DNA from: Vibrio sp.
Lineage (GTDB): Bacteria; Pseudomonadota; Gammaproteobacteria; Enterobacterales; Vibrionaceae
Assembly: GCA_028131545.1 (NCBI GenBank)
Contig: JAOICL010000001.1
Coordinates: forward strand, 6,661 to 70,660
Direction: 5' to 3'
Length of the DNA: 64,000 nucleotides
Every line of letters starts with the position of its first letter. Within the stretch, counting starts at the first letter, position 1. The notes beneath the pieces were generated by a model that did not search any database, was not told where the DNA came from, and saw only the letters and a program-made list of their open reading frames with translations. This document shows, one piece after another, positions 10,043 through 18,305 of the stretch. A program made the position numbers and the translations under genes.

Positions 10043-10563
10043 GTCAACGCAAGCTTCGCGAGATTATAGGCGTCAACATACCCTGAATGCTGGCGACCTT
10101 CCCATTCAATATCAAGGTTCTCTTGTGCTGCTTTATGCCCAATACGTTTGTCTTTTAAGCGATGTTGAATGCGATATAAGGTCGCTAGATTAATAAATTC
10201 AATAAAGGGAGCATCAATTCCCTTTTCTTTACATTCTTCAAACAGAATATGATCATCCCTACCCCAGGCGGCATAAATTTTCTTATTGCCCCCAAAGTTT
10301 TTAATCATCGAGCGAATCACTTCTTTTAATGGTCGACCTTGTTTTTCTATTTTTCTTGGAGTGATTCCGGTTAAATCGACACAAAATAACGATATTTCAT
10401 CACGTTCTGGCTTCACATAATATTGAGCTCGCTTCACTATCTCACCTTTAGCAAGATCGATTTCAGCTAATCCTATTTCAATGATTTCTCCAGTGGTGCC
10501 CTTACCATTTTCATTCCAGCAGCACATTTCTAAATCAAAGCATACAATGCGATTGTGATTCAT
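10033..10563 (-). CDS. DEDDh 3'-5' exonuclease (ERI-1/KapD-like)
   Basis: CFDLEMCC, EIIEIG, LTGIT, WGRDD and HSGYVDA motifs. Confidence 0.9.
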   Translation of the reverse strand: MNHNRIVCFDLEMCCWNENGKGTTGEIIEIGLAEIDLAKGEIVKRAQYYVKPERDEISLFCVDLTGITPRKIEKQGRPLKEVIRSMIKNFGGNKKIYAAWGRDDHILFEECKEKGIDAPFIEFINLATLYRIQHRLKDKRIGHKAAQENLDIEWEGRQHSGYVDAYNLAKLALTML

Positions 10564-10728
10564 AGCTCTCTCTATCTTCTCATTTTTATCATTGGCAATT
10601 CTACGCCTGAGCTAAGATTACATCAACTCTATGCTCTTTTCATGGGTAACTATTCATCAAATCGAATACAATATAGAAATAATGAAGGTAGCGAACTCGC
10701 TCACAAAACAGTAAAATTTATCTAAACA

Positions 10729-10756
10729 CTTGAATGTGGTATTATAACCCCCATTA
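10729..10756 (+). promoter_or_regulatory. sigma32 (RpoH) heat-shock promoter
   Basis: CTTGAA-N14-CCCCATTA, near-consensus (CTTGAA-N13/14-CCCCATnT), about 70 bp upstream of the DUF2760 start. Confidence 0.8.
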
Positions 10757-10823
10757 CTGACGCTAATGGCAAAGCCAGCAATCCATTGCTGCTCGACACA
10801 ACCCTATTAAAGAGAATTCATTA

Positions 10824-11456
10824 ATGAACTTTGATTTACAACTTGTACCTCAAACACTCGATATGTTCCACGCTGGTCTCGCTGCCGTCGCTGTGGTCTT
10901 CTTATTTATAGCAATGACTCGTAAACCTCAAACGATTGAAAAGATCGTTGAAAAGCCAGTCGAAAAGATTGTTGAGATTGAAAAAACAGTAGAAAAAATC
11001 GTTGAAGTTGAAAAGGTTGTTGAAGTTGAGAAAGTGATTGAGAAAGTCGTGGAAGTCGAGTCTAAAGTGACAACGGCATCGACGGATTCTGCAATGCAGT
11101 TATTATCACTGATGCAGCAAGAAGCGCGTCTCATCGACTTTTTACAAGAAGATTTAACGGGATTCTCCGATGATGAAGTCGGTGCAGCTGCACGTGTCAT
11201 TCATACTGGTGGTCAAAAAGTATTAAAAGATTATGTGACGTTATTGCATGTTCGCTCTGAAGAAGAAGAAACTCGAATCACCATTGCTGAAGGATTTAAC
11301 CCTCAAGAAGTTCGTTTAACCGGTAATGTGACGGGTTCTGCACCATTCACGGGTATTCTAATCCATAAAGGATGGAGAGCGGCTGAGGTTAAGTTACCAA
11401 AACTGGCTGAAAACTATGACGCATCAATTATTGCTCCTGCTGAGGTGGAACTGTAA
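10824..11456 (+). CDS. DUF2760-type membrane-anchored protein (putative GrpE-like)
   Basis: N-terminal hydrophobic helix; EKIVEV repeats; QLLSLMQQEARLIDFLQEDL and VRLTGNV..HKGWR..IIAPAEVEL motifs; stop overlaps the next ATG (TAATG). Confidence 0.85.
   Translation: MNFDLQLVPQTLDMFHAGLAAVAVVFLFIAMTRKPQTIEKIVEKPVEKIVEIEKTVEKIVEVEKVVEVEKVIEKVVEVESKVTTASTDSAMQLLSLMQQEARLIDFLQEDLTGFSDDEVGAAARVIHTGGQKVLKDYVTLLHVRSEEEETRITIAEGFNPQEVRLTGNVTGSAPFTGILIHKGWRAAEVKLPKLAENYDASIIAPAEVEL
10935..11060 (+). repeat. intragenic (I/V)EK(I/V)VE peptide repeat
   Basis: IEKIVEKPVEKIVEIEKTVEKIVEVEKVVEVEKVIEKVVEVE. Confidence 0.85.
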
Positions 11457-13357
11457 TGGATAATTCTTTACCTAAATTCAGTATTGGTATCGATTTAGGA
11501 ACAACACACTGTGTTTTATCCTATCTAGATACAACCAATGAAGACGCTCAAGTTCAAGTTATGGGTATTCCACAACTGACAACCCCGGGTAATGTTGAAG
11601 AAAATACGCAACTTAGCTCATTTTTATATCAACCACATGAAAATGAATTAGCCTCTGATACGCTAGTTCTACCATGGAGTGAAGAACCGAAAGCGCTAGT
11701 GGGTGCGATTGCACGTAATCTAGGTTCTAAAACACCGATTCGTTTAGTGTCGAGCGCAAAATCTTGGTTATGTCACAGTGAAATCAATCGTCGAGAGGCT
11801 TTTCTCCCTGCAGGTAGCCCTGAAGAAGTGACAAAAGTGTCTCCTTTGCGTGCCACTGAGTTATACCTAGAACACCTAAAGAACGCATGGAATCACCAAA
11901 ATCCTGAGCATACTCTTGAAGAGCAAGATGTCACGATTACCGTTCCTGCATCTTTTGATCCAGCTGCAAGAGATTTAACCGCTGAAGCCGCTCGTAACGT
12001 TGGCATGCAGCACCTAACTCTGCTTGAAGAGCCACAAGCGGCTTTGTACAACTGGATTGATAACCGCCAAGAAGCTTGGCGCGATGAAGTCGCAGTGGGT
12101 GACATTGTTCTCGTTGTTGATGTTGGTGGCGGTACTACGGATTTATCTCTTGTCGAAGTCACTGAAGACGAAGGTAATCTCGTGCTCAACCGTATTGCTG
12201 TTGGTGAGCATATTTTACTCGGCGGCGATAATATGGATTTAGCTCTCGCCTTCCGTCTCAAAGTCAAACTCGCAGAACAAGGTAAAGCGCTTCAACCTTG
12301 GCAAATACAAGCGATGACTCATGCTTGTCGAGATGCAAAAGAAGCACTATTAAATGATTCTGAGCTGCAATCGGTTCCGATTACTGTTCCTAGTCGTGGT
12401 TCAAAATTGCTTGGCGCTACATTAAAAACCGAATTAACGCAGGAAGAAGTTCAGCAAACCTTAGTGGATGGCTTTTTCCCTCAAGTGTCTATTTCAGATC
12501 ACCCAGTACAAAAGTCACGCGGTGCCCTCACTAAGATGGGACTACCTTATGCACAAGATGCTGGTATTACTCGTCATATTGCCGCTTTCTTATCAAAGCA
12601 AGCAAACGCGAATACAGATTCAGATTCATCAAATACTGACTATGACCCATTTGGCGGTATGTCGGGCATTCCGGGTATGGAAGAATCGACACCAACAGAT
12701 TTTATCAAGCCTACCGTGGTGTTATATAACGGCGGCGTTTTAAAATCGGATCTTTTAGCTAACCGCCTATCAGACACCATTAATCAATGGTTAACTGACG
12801 CAGAGGCCAAACCAGCAAAACGCTTAGAAGGTGTTGACCTTGATCTCGCGGTAGCCAGTGGCGCATCCTATTATGGATCAGTACGTCGTGGACAAGGCGT
12901 TCGTATACGTGGTGGTATTGCCTCTTCTTATTATGTTGGCATTGAAAGCGCAATGCCTGCCATCCCTGGAATGGCTATTCCTTTAGAAGCCATTTGTGTG
13001 GCTCCATTTGGTATGGAAGAAGGATCTCAAGTGACGGTTCCAAATCAAGAGTTTGGGTTAGTCATTGGCGAACCCGTTCACTTCCAATTCTATGGTTCGA
13101 CCGTTCGTCGTGACGATGAAGCGGGAGTGCATCTGGATTTTTGGAATGAAGGTGAACTTGAAGAGCTACCTGAAATTCACGCAACGTTGTCAGCGGAAGA
13201 TGGACGTAAGCAGGGAGACATTGTTCCTGTGACATTAGCTTCACGCGTTACAGAGCTTGGAACATTGCAATTAGAGGCCATCGCCTCCGACAATGGCCAA
13301 CGTTGGCATGTTGAATTCGATGTCCGTGAAGATACGCCATCGAGCGAAACTGAGTAA
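11456..13357 (+). CDS. atypical Hsp70/DnaK-family ATPase (copy 1)
   Basis: GIDLGTT, AKSWL, TVPASFD, EEPQAA, DVGGGTTDLS, LGGDNMD and NGG actin-like ATPase motifs. Confidence 0.9.
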   Translation: MDNSLPKFSIGIDLGTTHCVLSYLDTTNEDAQVQVMGIPQLTTPGNVEENTQLSSFLYQPHENELASDTLVLPWSEEPKALVGAIARNLGSKTPIRLVSSAKSWLCHSEINRREAFLPAGSPEEVTKVSPLRATELYLEHLKNAWNHQNPEHTLEEQDVTITVPASFDPAARDLTAEAARNVGMQHLTLLEEPQAALYNWIDNRQEAWRDEVAVGDIVLVVDVGGGTTDLSLVEVTEDEGNLVLNRIAVGEHILLGGDNMDLALAFRLKVKLAEQGKALQPWQIQAMTHACRDAKEALLNDSELQSVPITVPSRGSKLLGATLKTELTQEEVQQTLVDGFFPQVSISDHPVQKSRGALTKMGLPYAQDAGITRHIAAFLSKQANANTDSDSSNTDYDPFGGMSGIPGMEESTPTDFIKPTVVLYNGGVLKSDLLANRLSDTINQWLTDAEAKPAKRLEGVDLDLAVASGASYYGSVRRGQGVRIRGGIASSYYVGIESAMPAIPGMAIPLEAICVAPFGMEEGSQVTVPNQEFGLVIGEPVHFQFYGSTVRRDDEAGVHLDFWNEGELEELPEIHATLSAEDGRKQGDIVPVTLASRVTELGTLQLEAIASDNGQRWHVEFDVREDTPSSETE

Positions 13358-13370
13358 TTTCTTTTCTTTC

Positions 13371-13396
13371 AAGAGCAGCTATTCGCTGCTCTTTTT
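13371..13396 (+). terminator. intrinsic terminator-like hairpin between the two Hsp70 genes
   Basis: AAGAGCAGC-tattc-GCTGCTCTT followed by TTT. Confidence 0.65.
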
Positions 13397-13465
13397 CTAC
13401 ATATACGTTAATAGCGTATATACTCTTTTTACCTTATTCTTTGACATACAAGCAGACTGTTAACT

Positions 13466-16303
13466 ATGCCCTCACCTCGTTATCTTGTTGGTATTGATTT
13501 AGGAACTACCAATACCGTCGTTGCTTTTAGCGAAATCACTTCCGATCTAAAAACGGCTCCTGTCTCTATCTTTGAAATAGATCAGCTAATTGGCCCAGGT
13601 GAAGTAGTACGAAAGCCTCTACTTCCCTCTTTTCGCTATCACCCATTAGCCTCTCAATTTGATCGTTCTGATTTAACCCTTCCTTGGGGTGAATCGGTTT
13701 TAGAAGGTGATATTCATCAAGTCATTATCGGATCATGGGCAAGGGAATTAGGGTCTAAAGTCGAGGGGCGACAAATTGCCAGTGCAAAAAGCTGGTTATC
13801 CCATGAAGGTGTTGATAGAGAATCCGATATTTTGCCTTGGGCAGCGGCACAGGATGTAGAAAAAGTCTCTCCCGTTATCGCCAGTGCTAGCTATATCAAT
13901 CACATCAAACATTCTTGGAATCATCATAATCCAATCAATCGTTTAGAAGACCAAGATGTGGTCATTACGATTCCAGCTTCCTTTGATGAAACCGCTCGAT
14001 CATTAACCTTAAAAGCGGCAAATCAGGCTGGGTTACATAACATTGTCTTACTCGAAGAACCTCAAGCGGTTTGTTATGACTGGTACGCTAGGCATATAGA
14101 CCACGCGACTGAACAATTACAAGATATCCCATTAATACTGGTATGTGATGTGGGTGGTGGTACAACCGATCTCAGTTTGATTGAAGCCAGCTCTAAAGAT
14201 AATGCCTTAAAATTGAACCGAATTGGTGTTGGTGAGCACTTAATGCTAGGCGGTGATAATATTGACTTAGCATTGGCTCACTTAGCTGAGCAACGCTTTA
14301 GTAACACGAAAAAATTAAATGCGGCGAATCTCACCAAGTTAATTCAGCAAACGAGAAAAGCAAAAGAATTGCTTTTACAAGTTAACTCACCTGAGCAAGT
14401 TAAGATCACGATGTTAGGCAGTGGTTCAAAATTGTTAGGCGGTACAAGGAGTGTTGCTTTAGAAAAATCAGAAGCCAACAATATTATCTTCGATGGTTTC
14501 TTCCCCCTGTCTGATTTTAATGCTCTACCGGATACCCGACGTAGTGCCGTTGTCGAGTTTGGTTTGCCCTATGCTTCTGAGCCAGCTGTTAGTAAACATA
14601 TTGCGGCTTTTTTACATCAACATCAGCACGTTTCAGCCTCTGCGTTACAGGGTCACCAAGATGAGAAAACAGAGGAACCTGCTTTACCCGTCGGCTTATT
14701 GCTCAATGGGGGTGTTTTTAACAGTCCTTTAGTGACGGAACGGTTAGAAGAACTGCTAAAAAGCTGGAAAGGCACGCCTTGTACACTACTAGATAATCCT
14801 CATCCTGATTTATCTGTCGCTTTCGGCGCCGTCGCTTTTAATAAAGCAAGACGCGGTGCCGGTGTAAAAATTGGTGGCGGTAGCGCACGATCTTATTTCT
14901 TACATCTACCTGAAAAAAATAAGTTAGGTAAGGCTCTGTGCTTACTCGCTAAAGGAACAGAGGAAGGACAAGAAGTTCGCCTGACTGGCCGTCGATTTAA
15001 TCTAACGCTTGGTGAACCCGTTAAATTTAACTTATTGACGACCACACACGATACCTTAAATAATGATCAACGCATCCAAAATGGATTATTAGTGGATGTC
15101 GACCCTGATATATTCAAGGCGCTACCTCCTTATATATCCACTCTGGATAGCTTAGGAAAAGAGCTACAGGAAAATCAAAAAGAACGTATTGAAGTCACCT
15201 TAGCAAGCCAATTATCAGAAATCGGTACGCTAAAATTAGACTGTGTCTCAAATGAGTTCGATCAACATTCAAATAAAGACGTTGAACAGCGTTGGAATTT
15301 AGAGTTTGAAGTCAGGAACCAACAAGCCACGGAAGAAGCCGATGCAGAAGATAACCTGCCTCCACGCTTTAAAGAAGCGGCGGCGTTAATATCTCATTCG
15401 TATAGCGGTAATAAAAAAAATACGGATGTAAAAAGCATTAAAGCTCTGACCAAAGATATTGAAAAGCACATTGGTAAACGCGACAACTGGGATTTTAATA
15501 CCTCAAGGCAAATATTTGATACCTTAATGCTTGGGCGAAAGCGCCGTCGTCGCTCTACACATCATGAAAAGCAATGGTTGCGATTAGCTGGATTTACTCT
15601 ACGTCCTGGCTTTGGTTCACCTACAGATACTTGGCGTATTGAGCAGATTTGGTCTTTGTACAGTCAAGACATTCATTTCAAAGACCATCAAGGCTGGACG
15701 GATTGGTGGGTATGCTGGAGACGAATTGCTGGAGGCTTGAATCAAGAACAACAAGAAACCATTCTTTCTGATATTGCAAAGTACTTGCACCCTGGAGCAA
15801 TGAAAAGTCAGCAATCAGCGAAAGCCGCTCATGAGATTGGTTATGAATCAATGGTAAGGCTCGCGGCATCATTAGAGCACCTTGATATCGAAGATAAAAC
15901 TCTGTTATCAAATTGGTTTATGAATAAAGCGCAAACCGGTAAACAATTTAAACAAGCACATTGGTGGGCATTAGGCCGACTTGCCTCTCGTAGCATGTTA
16001 TATAGCGGTAATAACACGGTCATACCAAGAGCGCAGGTTGAACAATGGTTACCGACTGTATTACAACAAGATTGGAAAGACGAACCCATGGCTGGCTTTG
16101 CTGCCGTCATGATGTCGAGAATGACGGGCGATCGTACTCTGGATATTTCAGATGACATCCGTAATCACATCATCAAAAAATTGAAAGAGAGCAAAGTTCC
16201 ACAATCTTGGATAGAAATGGTTTCTGAAGTCAAAGAGCTCGATAATCAAGAAGCTCAAAAGATTTTTGGTGATACAATTCCGGCAGGGTTGATTTTACTT
16301 TAA
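13466..16303 (+). CDS. atypical Hsp70/DnaK-family ATPase with C-terminal extension (DUF3731-type)
   Basis: GIDLGTTN, TIPASFD, EEPQA, DVGGGTTDLS and LGGDNID motifs, plus about 300 aa of W/R-rich helical tail (WLRLAGFTLRPGFG, WWALGRL). Confidence 0.9.
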   Translation: MPSPRYLVGIDLGTTNTVVAFSEITSDLKTAPVSIFEIDQLIGPGEVVRKPLLPSFRYHPLASQFDRSDLTLPWGESVLEGDIHQVIIGSWARELGSKVEGRQIASAKSWLSHEGVDRESDILPWAAAQDVEKVSPVIASASYINHIKHSWNHHNPINRLEDQDVVITIPASFDETARSLTLKAANQAGLHNIVLLEEPQAVCYDWYARHIDHATEQLQDIPLILVCDVGGGTTDLSLIEASSKDNALKLNRIGVGEHLMLGGDNIDLALAHLAEQRFSNTKKLNAANLTKLIQQTRKAKELLLQVNSPEQVKITMLGSGSKLLGGTRSVALEKSEANNIIFDGFFPLSDFNALPDTRRSAVVEFGLPYASEPAVSKHIAAFLHQHQHVSASALQGHQDEKTEEPALPVGLLLNGGVFNSPLVTERLEELLKSWKGTPCTLLDNPHPDLSVAFGAVAFNKARRGAGVKIGGGSARSYFLHLPEKNKLGKALCLLAKGTEEGQEVRLTGRRFNLTLGEPVKFNLLTTTHDTLNNDQRIQNGLLVDVDPDIFKALPPYISTLDSLGKELQENQKERIEVTLASQLSEIGTLKLDCVSNEFDQHSNKDVEQRWNLEFEVRNQQATEEADAEDNLPPRFKEAAALISHSYSGNKKNTDVKSIKALTKDIEKHIGKRDNWDFNTSRQIFDTLMLGRKRRRRSTHHEKQWLRLAGFTLRPGFGSPTDTWRIEQIWSLYSQDIHFKDHQGWTDWWVCWRRIAGGLNQEQQETILSDIAKYLHPGAMKSQQSAKAAHEIGYESMVRLAASLEHLDIEDKTLLSNWFMNKAQTGKQFKQAHWWALGRLASRSMLYSGNNTVIPRAQVEQWLPTVLQQDWKDEPMAGFAAVMMSRMTGDRTLDISDDIRNHIIKKLKESKVPQSWIEMVSEVKELDNQEAQKIFGDTIPAGLILL

Positions 16304-16311
16304 CGACCTTG

Positions 16312-16406
16312 GAACTCATTCGCTTTTAAATTCAGGTACCTTTAGACTCATGCTCTTTTAAACTCGGGTATATTGAACTCATGTACTTTTAAACTCGGGC
16401 ATAAGC
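16312..16406. repeat. degenerate 15-16 bp minisatellite x6 with 31-32 bp higher-order period
   Basis: gaactcattcgctttt / aaattcaggtaccttt / agactcatgctctttt / aaactcgggtatatt / gaactcatgtactttt / aaactcgggcataagc. Confidence 0.75.
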
Positions 16407-16460
16407 GCCTTAGCCTACATGAAAATACACGCCACTTTATACTCATCCTGATCTTCATTT

Positions 16461-16487
16461 AAAGCTCCTACTTTAGGAGCTTTTTTA
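16461..16487 (+). terminator. intrinsic terminator of the Hsp70 cluster
   Basis: AAAGCTCCTA-ctt-TAGGAGCTTT followed by a T-run. Confidence 0.8.
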
Positions 16488-16769
16488 TGCCCCAGTGAAT
16501 TTATAAAGTAAGCTCACACCTAAAAACATCATCTTTGAATATTAAAACCAAGTTTAAGCGGTTGTATTTTAATGTTTTATTTTTATTTTATTCTTTCAAT
16601 ATCAAGAATTATAAAAATAAGATAGCCGACACGTGAGAATGACCCTACATTGTCCACATCAGCAGCAATTATCGCTTAATCGCATCGCTACTATAAGATT
16701 CTAACTCTCCTTCAAAAACCAATTTTCAGGAGAGTAACAGACCATAATTTATTCAAGGAAATACCCGTA

Positions 16770-16934
16770 ATGCCAAAAGCAACACAACCATCAACGACTA
16801 AAACTCTGACTTCTACAACCGTACTAGCATCAAGTAAAATACTGGGTATAGATGAAACAGCACTTGAAGAATCACATATCATTAGAATGACAGTCATTGT
16901 TATTGCTCTTTGCTTTATCGAATTAATGAGTTAA
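16770..16934 (+). CDS. small protein (54 aa) with C-terminal hydrophobic tail
   Basis: AAGGA RBS; MPKATQPSTTKTLTSTTVLASSKILGIDETALEESHIIRMTVIVIALCFIELMS; followed by a terminator. Confidence 0.5.
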   Translation: MPKATQPSTTKTLTSTTVLASSKILGIDETALEESHIIRMTVIVIALCFIELMS

Positions 16935-16969
16935 TTCTATCGAATTCAGAATCTTATCCGTGTCGTCAT

Positions 16970-17024
16970 AAAGAATAGATAATAAAAAAGCGCCTTATAG
17001 GCGCTTTTTTATTATCTATTCTTT
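16970..17024. terminator. bidirectional terminator, 26-bp perfect inverted repeat
   Basis: aaagaatagataataaaaaagcgcct-tat-aggcgcttttttattatctattcttt. Confidence 0.85.
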
Positions 17025-17027
17025 TTC

Positions 17028-17207
17028 TTAGTGGTGGTATGCGTATCTTCTTAAACGAGACAACCAGCCAGCTTTTTCCTTTAACTTATGAATGCGGCGT
17101 GACTTACTACCAGTCCACTCTTTCGACATCACTAAAATATGTTTAGATTGCTCAATATCTAATGACTTCTGCCATCTTTGAACGGTTTGCTTTTCTATAT
17201 TAAACAC
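17028..17207 (-). CDS. small basic protein (59 aa)
   Basis: GGTGA RBS then GTG start; MFNIEKQTVQRWQKSLDIEQSKHILVMSKEWTGSKSRRIHKLKEKAGWLSRLRRYAYHH; stop abuts the terminator. Confidence 0.55.
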   Translation of the reverse strand: MFNIEKQTVQRWQKSLDIEQSKHILVMSKEWTGSKSRRIHKLKEKAGWLSRLRRYAYHH

Positions 17208-17642
17208 AACTTCACCACTGTAACTGACATTAGATAGCTAGTCTCATTATTTGATTTATCGAATGACTAACCGGATATGTCGCAATTATGTAGGAAGCGA
17301 TGCTCAAAGAAATAACATCAACCTAAAATTACAGTATGAATAAATTTTTATAAATTAACGTGTTATCAACAAATGAAAAAGAACCTAAATAAACCTAAAT
17401 AAACCAACTTATCAATCAGATACACCATCGTCCATTTATAGTCACAATCGATTACACTTCCATGTCACTATACGCAAATTTAGCCTTTATTGACTATATT
17501 GAGTTTTATAGAGGAATAAATAAAGACGTGATGAGTTCAATTAACAAGTATCATGACTTGCAACCTTACTTTTCTTGTTTAAAATATCTGAAGCTTTATT
17601 GTTCATGTTTCCCTTACTGATTAACCTTATGGTCTTATTTTT

Positions 17643-18191
17643 ATGAACCAAGATAAATTTACCAATATATATCGTCTTCCAGGGTCAATACAGATTCGCA
17701 TCGGAAAGTGGCAGCAAACATTCCGTGGCACATCGGATCTCGTCCTGCATAATGCGATTCAGGTACGTAATCAGCAATTTAAACAATTCAATTTTTTACC
17801 AAAGGGATGGTGCGTAACTCCGTTCCTTGAAACTGATATCTCGATTACACATCATGATAAATACATCCAAACCGCAATGAGAACTCTCATTGACCGTAAA
17901 GTGTCCTATAAGCGAGTGTATTTATCACGAGTGCCATTAGAAGAAGCTGAGCCTCTGCTGAGAAGATATAAAGAAGAGTGGATAAGGAAACACAATCGAG
18001 TGGCAAAACAGTATAATCAGATCAAGAAAAAAGAGCTTCTCTTTCATGCTCGAGAAGAACAAGAAACATTATACCCTTCAATACCAGTACAAAAGTTTGA
18101 TAAGACTTTATGGAATAAACTCGTCGTGTCAGATTTTGGTCCCGCTAAAAAATATTCGAACCCGTATTTTGTGAAAAAATCTGATTTCTAA
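17643..18191 (+). CDS. basic conserved Vibrio protein, putative DNA-binding regulator
   Basis: 182 aa K/R-rich ORF with a long AT-rich upstream region; the N-terminal beta-beta-beta-alpha pattern is AP2-like by eye. Confidence 0.7.
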   Translation: MNQDKFTNIYRLPGSIQIRIGKWQQTFRGTSDLVLHNAIQVRNQQFKQFNFLPKGWCVTPFLETDISITHHDKYIQTAMRTLIDRKVSYKRVYLSRVPLEEAEPLLRRYKEEWIRKHNRVAKQYNQIKKKELLFHAREEQETLYPSIPVQKFDKTLWNKLVVSDFGPAKKYSNPYFVKKSDF

Positions 18192-18243
18192 ATTCGTATT
18201 CACTAAAAATTACATTTCTAGTGTGAAGATAATCAAACGTTAC

Positions 18244-18285
18244 CTATAAAAAATGGAGAAACGATCGTTTCTCCATTTTTTATAG
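18244..18285. terminator. bidirectional terminator, perfect 42-bp palindrome
   Basis: ctataaaaaatggagaaacga|tcgtttctccattttttatag between convergent genes. Confidence 0.85.
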
Positions 18286-18305
18286 TATTAAGTTAAGGGT
18301 AGCGG

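Noticed and set aside
16312-16406. Possible mini CRISPR array or integron attC repeats
   Set aside because: Units are contiguous with no unique spacers, there are no cas or integrase genes, and no RYYYAAC...GTTRRRY attC structure is present
16712-16897. 61-aa minus-strand ORF
   Set aside because: Antisense to the 54-aa plus-strand ORF, which has the better RBS and terminator context
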